From the NCBI GenBank assembly GCA_034429675.1, contig DAOUFX010000184.1:1-62310 (forward strand): 62,310 bases of DNA, in the 5' to 3' direction. The stretch's first letter is position 1; each line of letters starts with the position of its first letter. The notes under the pieces are model-generated. The model ran no database searches, was not told the origin of the DNA, and was given only the letters and a program-made list of their open reading frames with translations. The position numbers were made by a program, and so were the translations under genes. This document shows positions 17,889 to 28,574 of the stretch, one piece after another. The DNA comes from Anaerolineae bacterium (GTDB taxonomy: Bacteria > Chloroflexota > Anaerolineae > B4-G1 > SLSP01).

Positions 17889-19109
17889 ATGGCTAAACAG
17901 AAGTTCGAGCGTACAAAGCCACATGTGAACATCGGTACCATCGGTCACATTGATCATGGTAAAACCACCTTAACCGCGGCGATTACTCACACGCTGTCTA
18001 CCAAAGGGTGGGCCGAGAACAAGGCCTACGATGAGGTGGCGAAGGCCGATGCCAAGATGTTCCGCCGCGACGCAACCAAAATTTTGACCGTTGCTATTTC
18101 GCACGTTGAATACGAAACCGAAACTCGTCACTATGCCCATGTTGACTGCCCTGGTCACCGTGACTATATCAAAAACATGATTACCGGTGCGGCGCAGATG
18201 GACGGTGCAATTTTGGTGGTTTCCGCTGTTGATGGCCCAATGCCGCAAACTCGTGAACACATCCTGTTGGCCCATCAGGTCGAAGTGCCCGCGATGGTCG
18301 TGTTCTTGAACAAAGTTGATCTGATGGATGATCCTGAACTGTTGGAGTTGGTTGATCTGGAAATCCGTGAGCTGCTGAGCGTCTATAAGTTTCCGGGCGA
18401 TGAGACTCCTATCGTGCGCGGTTCCGCGTTGCAGGCCTTAAACTGCAAGAGCGATGACCCCAATGATCCGGCCTATGCTTCTATTTGGGAGTTAATGCGC
18501 GTCGTAGATGAGTATATTCCCACGCCCGTGCGTGACGAAGACAAACCCTTCATGATGTCTATTGAAGATGTCTTCTCTATTAAGGGTCGTGGCACAGTTG
18601 TGACCGGGCGTGTGGAGCGCGGTACACTGCGCCCCAACACCGAAGTTGAGCTGGTGGGGGATATTTATGAGAAGCCGCGTAAGACAGTCGTCACGTCTAT
18701 GGAAATGTTCCATAAGACGCTTGAGGTGGTCCGCGCGGGTGACAATGCCGGGCTTCTGTTGCGTGGTGTAGGCAAAGATGAAGTTGGTCGCGGTGTGGTT
18801 GTTGCCGCTCCTAATACGATTCATGCGCAGCGTAAGTTTGAGTCCGAAGTCTACATTCTGCGTCGCGACGAGGGTGGTCGTCACAAGCCCTTCTTCTCCG
18901 GTTATAAACCTCAGTTCTTTATCCGTACGATGGATATTACCGGATCAGTTGAGCTGCCCAGTGGTGTGGAGATGGTGATGCCCGGTGACAGCACGACAAT
19001 GACGGTTGAGCTGATTACGCCGGTGGCTTTGGAAACGGGCTCTCGGTTTGCTATCCGCGAAGGTGGGTTGACAGTCGGCGCGGGCGTTATTACGAAGATT
19101 CTTGAGTAG
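17889..19109 (+). CDS. tuf: elongation factor Tu (406 aa, non-canonical switch-I region)
   Basis: [28 protein letters not shown], a conserved domain II/III and C-terminus [15 protein letters not shown]. See findings for the divergent residues 49-68. Confidence 0.95.
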   Translation: MAKQKFERTKPHVNIGTIGHIDHGKTTLTAAITHTLSTKGWAENKAYDEVAKADAKMFRRDATKILTVAISHVEYETETRHYAHVDCPGHRDYIKNMITGAAQMDGAILVVSAVDGPMPQTREHILLAHQVEVPAMVVFLNKVDLMDDPELLELVDLEIRELLSVYKFPGDETPIVRGSALQALNCKSDDPNDPAYASIWELMRVVDEYIPTPVRDEDKPFMMSIEDVFSIKGRGTVVTGRVERGTLRPNTEVELVGDIYEKPRKTVVTSMEMFHKTLEVVRAGDNAGLLLRGVGKDEVGRGVVVAAPNTIHAQRKFESEVYILRRDEGGRHKPFFSGYKPQFFIRTMDITGSVELPSGVEMVMPGDSTTMTVELITPVALETGSRFAIREGGLTVGAGVITKILE

Positions 19110-19117
19110 TTCATCTT

Positions 19118-19159
19118 GCAAATGGACGAATCTGTGAGTTATCTGATTTGTCCATTTGC
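19118..19159 (+). other. 10-bp inverted repeat (GCAAATGGAC / GTCCATTTGC, 22-nt loop) between tuf and rpsJ
   Basis: Read directly. It could be a weak terminator/attenuator or an S10-operon leader structure. There is no clear U-tract. Confidence 0.3.
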
Positions 19160-19178
19160 TATCTAAATAGGTGGTTTT

Positions 19179-19487
19179 ATGGCTAAACAACGCATTCGCA
19201 TTCGGTTAAAGGGATATGATCATCGCATTTTAGATGAATCTGCACGCCGTATCGTTGAGGCGGCAGAGCGGACAGGCGCGCGCGTGGTTGGCCCGGTTCC
19301 TCTGCCTACCAAGTTGGAACGTTTTACGGTGCGTCGTTCTGCCTTTATTGACAAGGATAGCCACGAGCATTTTGAGATTCGTACGCACAAGCGGTTGATT
19401 GATATCCAAGAACCGGATTCGAAGACTATCGATACGTTGATGCGACTCAATATGCCTGCCGGCGTTGATATTGAGATTAAGCTCTAG
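19179..19487 (+). CDS. rpsJ: 30S ribosomal protein S10
   Basis: [14 protein letters not shown]...GPVPLPT...HKRLIDI. Confidence 0.97.
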   Translation: MAKQRIRIRLKGYDHRILDESARRIVEAAERTGARVVGPVPLPTKLERFTVRRSAFIDKDSHEHFEIRTHKRLIDIQEPDSKTIDTLMRLNMPAGVDIEIKL

Positions 19488-19644
19488 TCACTTAGTCTTT
19501 ATAATTTTACTTATCATTACACCCTTTGGTCACAGCTTTTTTGAGCAGTGTGGCGAAGACCATAGGGTAGCGTGAGCCGGATTGGAAGTCTTTATTGCTG
19601 TGGGATGATGAGGCTCTGGTGCCGGCAGTCCCAAGGAGGAAATT

Positions 19645-20295
19645 GTGAAAGGAATTCTCGGTAAGAAAGTGGGCATGACCCAAGTGATCCAGGATGACGG
19701 AAAGGTTGTCCCGGTCACGGTTGTCGAAGCCGGGCCATGTTATGTGACACAGGTTCGCACTCCTGAGCAAGATGGTTATCGAGCTGTGCAGTTGGGGTTT
19801 GGTGCGGCAAAGCCTAAGCACCTCACTCAAGGTCAGCGGGGCCATCTGCACAAGGCCGGTGCTCCTGATTTGCGTCACCTGCAGGAGATCCGTGTTCGTG
19901 ATGACGAAGTCTACGAAGTCGGGCAGAAGATTCTGGTAGACATATTTGCGCCTGGCGAACGTGTTGATATTGTCGGAAAATCCAAAGGGCGAGGTTTTGC
20001 CGGAGTTGTTAAGCGGCATGGTTTCGCCGGGGGGCCTCACACCCACGGTCAGTCTGATCGTGAGCGTGCGCCCGGTTCCATCGGAGCCTGCGCGGATCCT
20101 GGTCGAATTTGGAAGGGAAAGAAGATGCCGGGTCGGTTGGGTAATTCGCGCATAACCATTCAGAATCTGGAAGTTGTTCTGGTGGACCCTGAGCGTAATC
20201 TTTTGGCCGTGCGTGGTAGCGTGCCTGGTCCTAATGGCAGTCTTGTCTTGGTAACGGTCGCCCGCAAGCAAAGAGTTTATAAGGGAGGTAATTAG
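19645..20295 (+). CDS. rplC: 50S ribosomal protein L3
   Basis: [14 protein letters not shown]..., GTG start after AAGGAGGAAATT. Confidence 0.96.
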   Translation: MKGILGKKVGMTQVIQDDGKVVPVTVVEAGPCYVTQVRTPEQDGYRAVQLGFGAAKPKHLTQGQRGHLHKAGAPDLRHLQEIRVRDDEVYEVGQKILVDIFAPGERVDIVGKSKGRGFAGVVKRHGFAGGPHTHGQSDRERAPGSIGACADPGRIWKGKKMPGRLGNSRITIQNLEVVLVDPERNLLAVRGSVPGPNGSLVLVTVARKQRVYKGGN

Positions 20296-20297
20296 CA

Positions 20298-20948
20298 ATG
20301 CTTACTCCTGTTTTGAATATGCAGGGCGAGAAAGTGAATGAGATTGAGTTGCGCCCGGACATTTTTGAAGTCTCTGTCAATGTACCGTTAATGCATCAAG
20401 CTCTGGTGCGTCAGTTGTCCAATGCGCGTTTAGGTACGCATAAGACTAAGACTCGCAGTGAGAATAATCGCTCAAAGGCAAAATGGTATCGCCAGAAGGG
20501 TACTGGTCGGGCGCGTCATGGTAGTCGTAATGCTCCTACATTTGTCGGTGGTGGTATTTCCCATGGCCCGATGCCTCGTAGCTACGAAAAGCAAATGCCT
20601 CGTAAGATGCGCCGTGCTGCCTTACGTTCTGCGTTGTCGGTGAAAGCTGCGTCTCAGCAGATTGTAGTCATGGATACGTTGGAGCTTGCCACTCCCAAGA
20701 CCAAAGAAATCACGGGTCTTTTGAAGAAGGTATCAGCTTCTGGAAAAGCATTGATCTTGCTGGCCGAGCGTAATGAGATTGTCGAACGTTCTGTACGCAA
20801 CATCGCAACGGCGAAAACATTGCGAGCGCATTACTTGAATATCCGCGATCTTTTGGGGGCCGATTATGTAGTGGTGCCATTGGCTGCTCTCAAAGTGATT
20901 GAATCTATTTTGGGTGGCCGTTCATCGGACGTGGATGTGGTGGAGTAG
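20298..20948 (+). CDS. rplD: 50S ribosomal protein L4
   Basis: ...RQKGTGRARHGS...GGG..HGP; S10-operon position. Confidence 0.96.
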   Translation: MLTPVLNMQGEKVNEIELRPDIFEVSVNVPLMHQALVRQLSNARLGTHKTKTRSENNRSKAKWYRQKGTGRARHGSRNAPTFVGGGISHGPMPRSYEKQMPRKMRRAALRSALSVKAASQQIVVMDTLELATPKTKEITGLLKKVSASGKALILLAERNEIVERSVRNIATAKTLRAHYLNIRDLLGADYVVVPLAALKVIESILGGRSSDVDVVE

Positions 20949-20952
20949 AATT

Positions 20953-21240
20953 ATGAATATCTATGATGTAATCATCCGTCCTTTGGAAACAGAGAAGGCT
21001 TACTCACAGCGCTCGCTGGGGCAGTATGTGTTTATTATCAACGCTAATGCTAATAAACTACAGGTTCAGCAGGCGGTCGAAGAAATTTACAATGTTGAGG
21101 TAGCCTCGGTGAATGTGATGCGGATGCCGGCTAAGGTCAATCATATGCGTGGTCGTCGGCGTGTTGTGCGCCGCGCTGTTTGGAAGAAAGCCGTAGTTAC
21201 ACTTGCTCCTGGCAAGCGGATTGAACAGTTGGAGGCATAG
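20953..21240 (+). CDS. rplW: 50S ribosomal protein L23
   Basis: [16 protein letters not shown]... I chose the ATG at 20953, 5 nt after the rplD stop. The track ORF start at 20899 overlaps rplD. Confidence 0.95.
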   Translation: MNIYDVIIRPLETEKAYSQRSLGQYVFIINANANKLQVQQAVEEIYNVEVASVNVMRMPAKVNHMRGRRRVVRRAVWKKAVVTLAPGKRIEQLEA

Positions 21241-21242
21241 CA

Positions 21243-22085
21243 ATGGGAATTAAGAAGTATAATCCCACCTCTCCTGGCCGCCGTTGGATGACCGGTCAGA
21301 CCTTTGAAGAGATCACGCGGACCAAGCCTGAGAAGAGCTTGTTGCGGGTGTTGAATAAGCGTGCCGGGCGCAATGTGCATGGTCGGGTAACTGTACGTCA
21401 TCGAGGCGGCGGTCATGCGCGCAAGTATCGTGTCATTGATTTCCGTCGTGATAAGTTTGATATTCCGGCTCGGGTTGACTCTATTGAGTATGACCCTAAT
21501 CGTTCAGCGCGCATCGCGTTGCTGGTTTATGCGGATGGTGAAAAGCGCTACATTCTGGCCCCTTTGGGGCTCAAAGTGGGACAGACTGTTGTTAGTTCCA
21601 GCGAAGGCGGAGAAGTGCGAGTTGGTCATGCGCTTCGTCTGGCGAATATCCCTCTAGGTACCCTGGTTCACAATGTGGAGTTGTCTCCAGGGCGCGGTGG
21701 TCAGATGGTTCGCGCTGCCGGTTCTGCGGCACAGGTTCTGGCCAAAGAGGGCGATTATATTACTTTGCGTTTGCCTAGCGGCGAGATGCGCATGGTGCGC
21801 AAAGAATGTATGGCCACAATTGGTCAGGTCGGAAATGTGGACCATGCCAATGTCAAATTGGGTAAGGCCGGTCGCAAGCGTTGGTTGGGTTGGCGCCCTA
21901 CTATTCGTGGTTCTGCAATGACTCCCCGGGATCACCCCCATGGCGGTGGTGAAGGTCGCAGTCCTATAGGCATGGCAGGTCCTAAGTCACCTTGGGGGTG
22001 GCGTACATTGGGCCGCAAAACCCGTCGCAATAAAGCTACGGACAAGTATATCGTTCGCCGTCGTCGGGCCGGTGGCCGTCGCTAG
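21243..22085 (+). CDS. rplB: 50S ribosomal protein L2
   Basis: [14 protein letters not shown]..., [17 protein letters not shown]. Confidence 0.97.
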   Translation: MGIKKYNPTSPGRRWMTGQTFEEITRTKPEKSLLRVLNKRAGRNVHGRVTVRHRGGGHARKYRVIDFRRDKFDIPARVDSIEYDPNRSARIALLVYADGEKRYILAPLGLKVGQTVVSSSEGGEVRVGHALRLANIPLGTLVHNVELSPGRGGQMVRAAGSAAQVLAKEGDYITLRLPSGEMRMVRKECMATIGQVGNVDHANVKLGKAGRKRWLGWRPTIRGSAMTPRDHPHGGGEGRSPIGMAGPKSPWGWRTLGRKTRRNKATDKYIVRRRRAGGRR

Positions 22086-22102
22086 GTGGAGGAGGAAACA
22101 GA

Positions 22103-22384
22103 ATGTCGCGTTCTTTGAAGAAAGGACCTTTTGTAGATCCTAAGTTATTGAAGAAGGTTGAGGAGATGAATCGCTCCGGTAAGAAGCGTGTGCTTCGTAC
22201 CTGGTCGCGTGCTTCAGTGATCTTCCCCCAGATGGTGGGACACACGATCGCTGTTCACGACGGGCGACGACATGTTCCCATCTATGTTACCGAGAATATG
22301 GTTGGACATCGTTTGGGTGAGTTTGCGCCGACCCGCACTTTTCGGGGGCATATTATGAAGGAAAAGAAGGGGAAAGTGAGGTAG
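22103..22384 (+). CDS. rpsS: 30S ribosomal protein S19
   Basis: [12 protein letters not shown]...[25 protein letters not shown]. Confidence 0.97.
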   Translation: MSRSLKKGPFVDPKLLKKVEEMNRSGKKRVLRTWSRASVIFPQMVGHTIAVHDGRRHVPIYVTENMVGHRLGEFAPTRTFRGHIMKEKKGKVR

Positions 22385-22388
22385 AACG

Positions 22389-22754
22389 ATGTTGGAAACA
22401 GTTCATGCAAAAGCTCAACATATCCCTATATCGCCTTTGAAGGTGCGGCGTGTTATTAATCCTTTGCGCGGAATGCTTGCTCAGTCGGCATTGGATGCTT
22501 TGCACGCGATGCCGCATGGCGCCGCTTTGCCGGTCTACAAACTCATTCGTTCCGCAATGGCGAATGCAGATGAGTTGGGGTTGGATGTCAACAATCTGTA
22601 TATCGCGGAAATTGCGGCCAATGAAGGTCCGGGGCGTATGCCTGGCAAAGGTTGGCGTGCACGATGGGGTAGCCGTGGCCGCTATCGGCCTATTCGGAAG
22701 CGTTCATCACACATTACGGTCGTTCTAGAAGAGCGACTTGGCGATGAAGACTAG
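22389..22754 (+). CDS. rplV: 50S ribosomal protein L22
   Basis: Operon position and the motif ...[15 protein letters not shown]... with a C-terminal ITVVL. Confidence 0.93.
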   Translation: MLETVHAKAQHIPISPLKVRRVINPLRGMLAQSALDALHAMPHGAALPVYKLIRSAMANADELGLDVNNLYIAEIAANEGPGRMPGKGWRARWGSRGRYRPIRKRSSHITVVLEERLGDED

Positions 22755-22768
22755 TAAGGAGGCATGTC

Positions 22769-23452
22769 TTGGGGCGTAAAGTTCATCCCTACGGTTTTCG
22801 ATTGAAGGTTATTCGTGACTGGAAATCTCGTTGGTTTGCTGAGGGCCGTGAGTATGCGGAACTCTTGAAGGAAGATCGCACCATTCGTGAATTGGTCTAT
22901 CAGATTATGAGAGAACGTTCGCGCGATGGTCAATCTGGCGTTTCTCGGGTGGAGATTGAGCGTTTCCCCCCAAATCAGATGTCGGTGATTATTTGGACTT
23001 CGCGCCCGGGTGTCGTTATTGGGCGCAAAGGGGAGAATGTTAAGGCGCTGCGTAAAAGTATTGAGGATGCAAGTGGTGGAAAGCGCGTGCACGTGGATGT
23101 TCAAGAAATAGAACAACCCGATTTGGATGCCAAGTTAGTCGCTGAGAATATTGTGGCTCAATTGGAAAAGCGTATTTACCACAACCGTGCTATGAAGCGC
23201 GCTATACGCCAGGCTATTCGTGCCGGTGCGGAAGGTATCAAGGTGATGTGTGCTGGGCGTCTTGCCGGTGCAGAGATGGCGCGTCGTGAGTGGCTGCGCG
23301 AGGGGCAAGTGCCCCTGCAGACATTGCGTGCCGATATTGACTATGCCCAGGAAGAAGCTCTCACCACTTACGGACGCATTGGTGTCAAGGTCTGGATTTA
23401 CAAGGGTGAAGTGTTGCCCAAAAAGGCAACCTCTGGCGAAGGAATTTCCTAG
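22769..23452 (+). CDS. rpsC: 30S ribosomal protein S3
   Basis: [11 protein letters not shown].....W.SRWFA and the KH domain [14 protein letters not shown] start after AAGGAGG. Confidence 0.96.
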   Translation: MGRKVHPYGFRLKVIRDWKSRWFAEGREYAELLKEDRTIRELVYQIMRERSRDGQSGVSRVEIERFPPNQMSVIIWTSRPGVVIGRKGENVKALRKSIEDASGGKRVHVDVQEIEQPDLDAKLVAENIVAQLEKRIYHNRAMKRAIRQAIRAGAEGIKVMCAGRLAGAEMARREWLREGQVPLQTLRADIDYAQEEALTTYGRIGVKVWIYKGEVLPKKATSGEGIS

Positions 23453-23483
23453 CACCCAGAAATTGAGTTGAGGTGATAGAGTT

Positions 23484-23912
23484 ATGTTGATGCCAAAGCG
23501 CGTGAAATATCGCAAACAGCAACGTGGGCGTATGAACGGAAAGGAATCCCGGGGAGTTGACGTTGATTTTGGTGATTATGGTTTGCAAGCCATGGAGCCT
23601 TCCTGGATAACCGCCCGTCAACTTGAAGCGGCACGCCGTGCGATTGTGCGCCATATGCGCCGCCGTGGTAAGTATTGGATTCGCATTTTTCCAGACAAAC
23701 CGGTAACCCATAAACCTGCGGAAACCCGGATGGGTAAAGGAAAAGGTGCTGTGGATCAGTGGGTAGCTGTTGTGCGCCCGGGTCGTGTGATGTTTGAAAT
23801 CAGTGGTGTGTCGGATGATGTAGCTCGCGAAGCACTTCGGTTAGCTGCTCACAAACTCCCTATTCGAACTCAGGTGATTACACGCTTGGATCTTGGAGAA
23901 GTAGGAGAGTAG
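23484..23912 (+). CDS. rplP: 50S ribosomal protein L16
   Basis: [18 protein letters not shown]... Confidence 0.97.
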   Translation: MLMPKRVKYRKQQRGRMNGKESRGVDVDFGDYGLQAMEPSWITARQLEAARRAIVRHMRRRGKYWIRIFPDKPVTHKPAETRMGKGKGAVDQWVAVVRPGRVMFEISGVSDDVAREALRLAAHKLPIRTQVITRLDLGEVGE

Positions 23913-23914
23913 GG

Positions 23915-24139
23915 ATGACAACGACACAGGAATTGAAAGAGTTGAAGACCAATGATTTGCAGCTTCGCTTGCAGGAAACGCGACGTCAGTTGTTCAATTT
24001 GCGTCAGCAATGGTATGCAGGCGGTCTGGGGGATCATAATCGCATCCGTATCGTCCGCAAGGATATCGCCCGTATTTTGACCATTCTCCGTGAGCGTGAG
24101 TCTAATGCGGAAATTGAGTCGGGAGGAGAAGCTGCATGA
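23915..24139 (+). CDS. rpmC: 50S ribosomal protein L29
   Basis: ...[25 protein letters not shown]...; operon position. Confidence 0.93.
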   Translation: MTTTQELKELKTNDLQLRLQETRRQLFNLRQQWYAGGLGDHNRIRIVRKDIARILTILRERESNAEIESGGEAA

Positions 24140-24387
24140 AAGAGCTACGACGACGACTGACTGGTTTTGTGACCAGTGATAAGATGGAAAAGACTGTGGT
24201 TGTTAGCGTTGAACGTCGCTATCGCCACCCTTTATACAAGAAGGTAGTGCGTTCAACTAAGAAGTACATGGCCCACGATGAGAATAATGATTGTCAAATC
24301 GGGGATAAGGTGCAAATTGTGGAATCGCATCCTTATAGTCGCCACAAGCGTTGGGTTGTGGAAGAAATTCTGGAACGGGCCGCGTAA
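24136..24387 (+). CDS. rpsQ: 30S ribosomal protein S17
   Basis: ...[29 protein letters not shown]... 4-nt ATGA overlap with rpmC. Confidence 0.95.
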   Translation: MKELRRRLTGFVTSDKMEKTVVVSVERRYRHPLYKKVVRSTKKYMAHDENNDCQIGDKVQIVESHPYSRHKRWVVEEILERAA

Positions 24388-24397
24388 GGGGTGATGT

Positions 24398-24769
24398 ATG
24401 ATTCAGAAGGAGACGCGATTAACAGTTGCCGATAACACAGGCGCGCAGGAGCTATTGTGTATTCAGGTAATGGGAGGCTCTCGTCGGCGTTATGGTTATG
24501 TCGGCGATACCATTGTCGCCGCTGTCAAGTCATCTACGCCCAATGCAACGGTCAAAAAGGGAGAGGTTGTGCGGGCTGTGGTTGTGCGTGTTACTAGAGA
24601 ATATCGCCGGCCTGATGGCTCTTATATCCGTTTCGACGATAATGCGGCAGTCATTTTGGACGCTTCTGGGACTAACCCCCGTGGAACTCGTATCTTTGGC
24701 CCGGTAGCGCGTGAGCTACGTGAAAAGGGCTTCATGAAGATTGTGTCCCTGGCGCCCGAAGTTTTGTAG
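24398..24769 (+). CDS. rplN: 50S ribosomal protein L14
   Basis: [16 protein letters not shown]....CI.V.GG. Confidence 0.97.
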   Translation: MIQKETRLTVADNTGAQELLCIQVMGGSRRRYGYVGDTIVAAVKSSTPNATVKKGEVVRAVVVRVTREYRRPDGSYIRFDDNAAVILDASGTNPRGTRIFGPVARELREKGFMKIVSLAPEVL

Positions 24770-24789
24770 GCCCAATGAGGAAGTGAGAA

Positions 24790-25107
24790 ATGAATCGGAT
24801 CAAGAAAGGTGACATCGTTGAGGTGATCTCTGGCGAGGATAAGGGAATGCAGGGTGAGGTTTTACGTGTATTCCCGCGAGCCAATCGTGTAGTGGTGTCT
24901 AAAGTCAACATGATTGTCAAACACCAAAGTGCAAAGCGCGCTGGTCGTTCGATGCAGGGTGGACGCATTCAGTTCGAGGCCCCGATTGACCTTTCTAAGG
25001 TCATGTTGGTCCCCTCAAAAGAAAAAACCGCAACTCGTGTTGGCTTTGCCGTTGAGGGTGACCGCAAGGTACGTATCTCTCGACGCACGGGCGAGGCTAT
25101 TGATTAG
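24790..25107 (+). CDS. rplX: 50S ribosomal protein L24
   Basis: KOW motif [19 protein letters not shown]; operon position. Confidence 0.95.
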   Translation: MNRIKKGDIVEVISGEDKGMQGEVLRVFPRANRVVVSKVNMIVKHQSAKRAGRSMQGGRIQFEAPIDLSKVMLVPSKEKTATRVGFAVEGDRKVRISRRTGEAID

Positions 25108-25118
25108 GAGTAAGACGG

Positions 25119-25658
25119 ATGCAGCGACTAAAAGAACGTTATCGTGAGGAAATTGCCCCGGCTCTGATGCAGGAATTCGCTTACAAGAATGTGATGCAAG
25201 TTCCTCGGATTCGTAAGGTCGTGGTCAACATTGGGATGGGTGAAGCCTTGGACAACCCTAAGTCTATCGAATACGCGGTCAATGATTTGCGGATCATTAC
25301 GGGGCAACAGCCGGTGATTACGAAAGCCCGCAAGTCGGTGGCAAACTTCAAGTTACGCGAAGGACGAGCGATAGGTGTGAAAGTAACCTTACGTGGCTCA
25401 CGCATGTGGGCTTTCCTGGATCGTCTGATTAGCGTGGCATTGCCGCGTACCCGTGACTTTCATGGCGTCCCGGATAAGCTGGACGGTCGTGGAAACTTTA
25501 CCTTAGGTTTGCGTGAGCAGTTACTTTTCCCAGAGATAGATTACGACAAAATTGATAAGATTCGGGGAATGGAAGTCAGCATTTCCACGACGGCTGATTC
25601 TGATGAGGAAGCCCATCGGCTTCTTGAGTTGTTGGGTATGCCGTTTCGGCACGCATAA
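25119..25658 (+). CDS. rplE: 50S ribosomal protein L5
   Basis: [34 protein letters not shown]. Confidence 0.97.
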   Translation: MQRLKERYREEIAPALMQEFAYKNVMQVPRIRKVVVNIGMGEALDNPKSIEYAVNDLRIITGQQPVITKARKSVANFKLREGRAIGVKVTLRGSRMWAFLDRLISVALPRTRDFHGVPDKLDGRGNFTLGLREQLLFPEIDYDKIDKIRGMEVSISTTADSDEEAHRLLELLGMPFRHA

Positions 25659-25685
25659 GAGAACAAGGTTTGACAAGGAGTAATT

Positions 25686-25868
25686 ATGGCTAAAACATCA
25701 ATGCCAATTCGAGAAACTCGGCGTAAGTACAAAATTCGGATACGCCATCGTTGTTCTCGATGTGGTCGTCCACGCGGGTACTACCGTCGGTTTGGATTGT
25801 GCCGAATTTGTCTCCGCGAATTGGCCCTAGAAGGTAACATCCCTGGCTTGGTAAAGTCCAGTTGGTAA
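25686..25868 (+). CDS. rpsN: 30S ribosomal protein S14, zinc-binding type Z (60 aa)
   Basis: [20 protein letters not shown], a C-x2-C...C-x2-C Zn motif, ending in KSSW. Confidence 0.96.
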   Translation: MAKTSMPIRETRRKYKIRIRHRCSRCGRPRGYYRRFGLCRICLRELALEGNIPGLVKSSW

Positions 25869-25880
25869 TGGAGCGAGACT

Positions 25881-26291
25881 ATGGCGACTTCAGATCCAAT
25901 TGCTGATATGTTAGCGCGTATTCGTAATGCTTTAATGGTAAAGCATGCTGCTGTGTCTATGCCTTCGTCCAAAATAAAGCTTGCAATTGCAAAAATCTTG
26001 AAGGACGAGGGATATATTGAGGGATACCGGGTGATTGCATCCGAGAACTCCTACCAGAACCTTGAGATTCAACTGAAGTATGTAGGTGATGTGAAGCATC
26101 AACGTTCGGTCATCACTGACTTGAAGCGTGTGAGTAAACCTGGGCGACGTATTTATGCGGCGGTCAAGGATATTCCATGGGTTCGTAGTGGTATGGGGAT
26201 CACAATCCTCTCTACGCCTAAGGGCGTGATTACCGGGCAGCAGGCTCGGCGATTGAACGTGGGCGGAGAGATCCTCTGCTACGTTTGGTAG
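25881..26291 (+). CDS. rpsH: 30S ribosomal protein S8
   Basis: [14 protein letters not shown]... and GGEILCYVW at the C-terminus. Confidence 0.97.
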   Translation: MATSDPIADMLARIRNALMVKHAAVSMPSSKIKLAIAKILKDEGYIEGYRVIASENSYQNLEIQLKYVGDVKHQRSVITDLKRVSKPGRRIYAAVKDIPWVRSGMGITILSTPKGVITGQQARRLNVGGEILCYVW

Positions 26292-26315
26292 GCCGTTGGA
26301 ATAGGGAGGTGAATT

Positions 26316-26861
26316 GTGTCGCGGATAGGTAATAAACCCATCTCGGTCCCATCCGGGGTGCAAGTTGCGATTGATGGTAATCTCGTCACCGTCAAGGGCC
26401 CAAAAGGTCAGTTGACGCGGGAGTTCCATCCCGACATGACCATTACTTTGGAGGATGGCACCGTTCGGGTACAACGTCCCAACGATGCTCAGAATGTCAA
26501 AGCGCTTCATGGATTGACGCGTGCGTTGATCAATAATATGGTAGTTGGGGTGACGGAAGGATATAGTCACACACTGGAGATCCAGGGTACAGGATATCGG
26601 GCTGAGCTCCAGGGGAAGAATCTGGTCTTGAACCTTGGTTTTTCGCATCCTGTAGTCGTGGTTCCGCCTGAAGGTGTTGTATTCGAGGTGAATCCTCGCA
26701 ACAGCACGGTGACTATCAAGGGGTATGATAAAGAGGTTGTTGGTCGTATTACTTCTGAAATCCGGGCCTGGCGTCCTGTCGAGCCTTACCTGGGCAAGGG
26801 TATCCGGTATCAGGGTGAAGTTGTCCGGCGTAAGGCCGGCAAAGCCGGTAAAGCGGCATAA
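26316..26861 (+). CDS. rplF: 50S ribosomal protein L6
   Basis: MSRIGNKPISVPSGV.V.I.G..V.VKGPKG. Confidence 0.96.
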   Translation: MSRIGNKPISVPSGVQVAIDGNLVTVKGPKGQLTREFHPDMTITLEDGTVRVQRPNDAQNVKALHGLTRALINNMVVGVTEGYSHTLEIQGTGYRAELQGKNLVLNLGFSHPVVVVPPEGVVFEVNPRNSTVTIKGYDKEVVGRITSEIRAWRPVEPYLGKGIRYQGEVVRRKAGKAGKAA

Positions 26862-26895
26862 TTATATTACGTGGGACTGAGGGTGAATTTAAGAA

Positions 26896-27264
26896 ATGAA
26901 ACCAGAAAGTGATCGTCATCAAGCCCGACTGCGGCGACACGATCACATTCGCAAGAATGTGTCGGGCACGCCGGAACGTCCACGTTTGAATGTCTTTCGC
27001 AGTTTGACCCATATTTATGCACAGGTCATTGATGATACTGTAGGGCGTACATTGGTGACTGCTTCTACGATTGATCGGGAAATTCGTGATGCTTTGGTGA
27101 ATTTGTCGAAGGCGGAGCAGGCACGGATTGTGGGAAAGACATTGGCAGAACGGGCATTGGCAAAAGGAATTAAGTCGGTGGTGTTTGACCGTGGTGGTTA
27201 TAAATATCATGGCCGTGTCAAGGCTCTGGCCGAAGCCGCACGTGAGACAGGCCTGGATTTTTAG
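26896..27264 (+). CDS. rplR: 50S ribosomal protein L18
   Basis: ...RLRRH.HIRK...[20 protein letters not shown]... and [23 protein letters not shown]. Confidence 0.96.
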   Translation: MKPESDRHQARLRRHDHIRKNVSGTPERPRLNVFRSLTHIYAQVIDDTVGRTLVTASTIDREIRDALVNLSKAEQARIVGKTLAERALAKGIKSVVFDRGGYKYHGRVKALAEAARETGLDF

Positions 27265-27279
27265 GCGGCAGGAGGAAAT

Positions 27280-27831
27280 ATGGAGTCGCGACAAGGGCAG
27301 CGAGAACATAAACCATTATTAGAAGAAGGACAGGAAGAACTGGATGAGCGCGTTGTTGATATTACGCGCGTGGCCAAGGTTGTCAAGGGTGGCCGCACTT
27401 TTCACTTCCGTGTGGTAGCTGTTGTTGGGGATAACAAAGGCCAGGTCGGTTTGGGAATTGGCAAGGCTCGAACAGTCCCCGATGCTATCGGTAAGGCGAC
27501 CAGTCGGGCGCACCGTGCGATGCATGCAATCCCATTGGAAGGCACTACAATTCCACATGAGGTTGAAGGGCGATGTGGCGGATCTTCGGTTTTGTTGCGA
27601 CCGGCTACCAAAGGTACTGGTGTGATCGCTGGCGGCGGTGTCCGCGCTGTTTTGGAAGTTGCCGGTATTCATGACGTGTTGACTAAATCTATGGGAAGCG
27701 CCACTCAAGTCAATGTGGTTCAGGCGACAATGGAAGCTCTGGACAGCTTGCGTTGGGTGGAAGAAGTAGCGCAGGAACGCGGCAAGCCGGTGGCAGAAGT
27801 GATGCCGTTCTGGCGCAGGAGGAATGCGTAA
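27280..27831 (+). CDS. rpsE: 30S ribosomal protein S5
   Basis: ...[28 protein letters not shown]. Confidence 0.96.
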   Translation: MESRQGQREHKPLLEEGQEELDERVVDITRVAKVVKGGRTFHFRVVAVVGDNKGQVGLGIGKARTVPDAIGKATSRAHRAMHAIPLEGTTIPHEVEGRCGGSSVLLRPATKGTGVIAGGGVRAVLEVAGIHDVLTKSMGSATQVNVVQATMEALDSLRWVEEVAQERGKPVAEVMPFWRRRNA

Positions 27832-28019
27832 TGTCCAAAAAGTTACAGATAAAGTTGGTACGCAGCCCTATTGGATATTCGGCGCGGCAGAAGCGCACAG
27901 TGCAGGCGATGGGATTGCGAAAGATGAACCAGGTGGTTGTATTGCCTGATAACCCAGCGGTGCGGGGAATGGTCAGCAAGGTTCCTCACCTGGTCCAAGT
28001 TGAAGAAGTTGAAGCTTAA
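27831..28019 (+). CDS. rpmD: 50S ribosomal protein L30 (62 aa)
   Basis: [15 protein letters not shown]......R.TV.A.GLRK. The ATG at 27831 overlaps the rpsE stop (TAATG). The track ORF start at 27753 lies inside rpsE. Confidence 0.93.
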   Translation: MSKKLQIKLVRSPIGYSARQKRTVQAMGLRKMNQVVVLPDNPAVRGMVSKVPHLVQVEEVEA

Positions 28020-28034
28020 CTGGGGGTAGTTGTA

Positions 28035-28517
28035 ATGAAATTACATGATCTACAACCTGTGGCAGGGTCGAATAAACGCAGAAAGCGTGTGGGCCGGGGA
28101 ACCGCGGCCGGACAAGGCAAGACCGCCGGACGCGGTACCAAGGGCCAGAATGCACGTAGTGGCGGCGGCGTGCGCCCGTATTTTGAGGGTGGGCAATTGC
28201 CGTTAGTGCGTAAATTACCCTTTGCTCGTGGTTATAAGTTTTTCAATCCATATAAGGTAACGTTCGAGGCGGTGAATCTGGATCAGCTTGCTGGTTCTTT
28301 TGGAGCAAACGCTATTGTTTCGCCGGAAACACTTTGCCAAGCGGGGCTGGTCAAGCATGCTGAGGATATGGTGGCTGTGTTAGGTCGAGGCGAGATTGAT
28401 CGTCCTCTTCAGGTGTCAGCGCATCGCGTGTCAGATTCTGCTCGTGCTAAGATTGAGGCAGCAGGTGGCAAAGTTGAAATTTTGCCCTGGGAGCGTGGGG
28501 GCTACCACACTCGCTAG
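28035..28517 (+). CDS. rplO: 50S ribosomal protein L15
   Basis: MKLHDLQP..GS.K.RKRVGRG...G.GKT.GRG.KGQ. Confidence 0.96.
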   Translation: MKLHDLQPVAGSNKRRKRVGRGTAAGQGKTAGRGTKGQNARSGGGVRPYFEGGQLPLVRKLPFARGYKFFNPYKVTFEAVNLDQLAGSFGANAIVSPETLCQAGLVKHAEDMVAVLGRGEIDRPLQVSAHRVSDSARAKIEAAGGKVEILPWERGGYHTR

Positions 28518-28574
28518 CGTTGGCGTGCCCGGTTTGTTGGAGCCGTCTGAAACTTTGATGGAGGAGATTGACTA

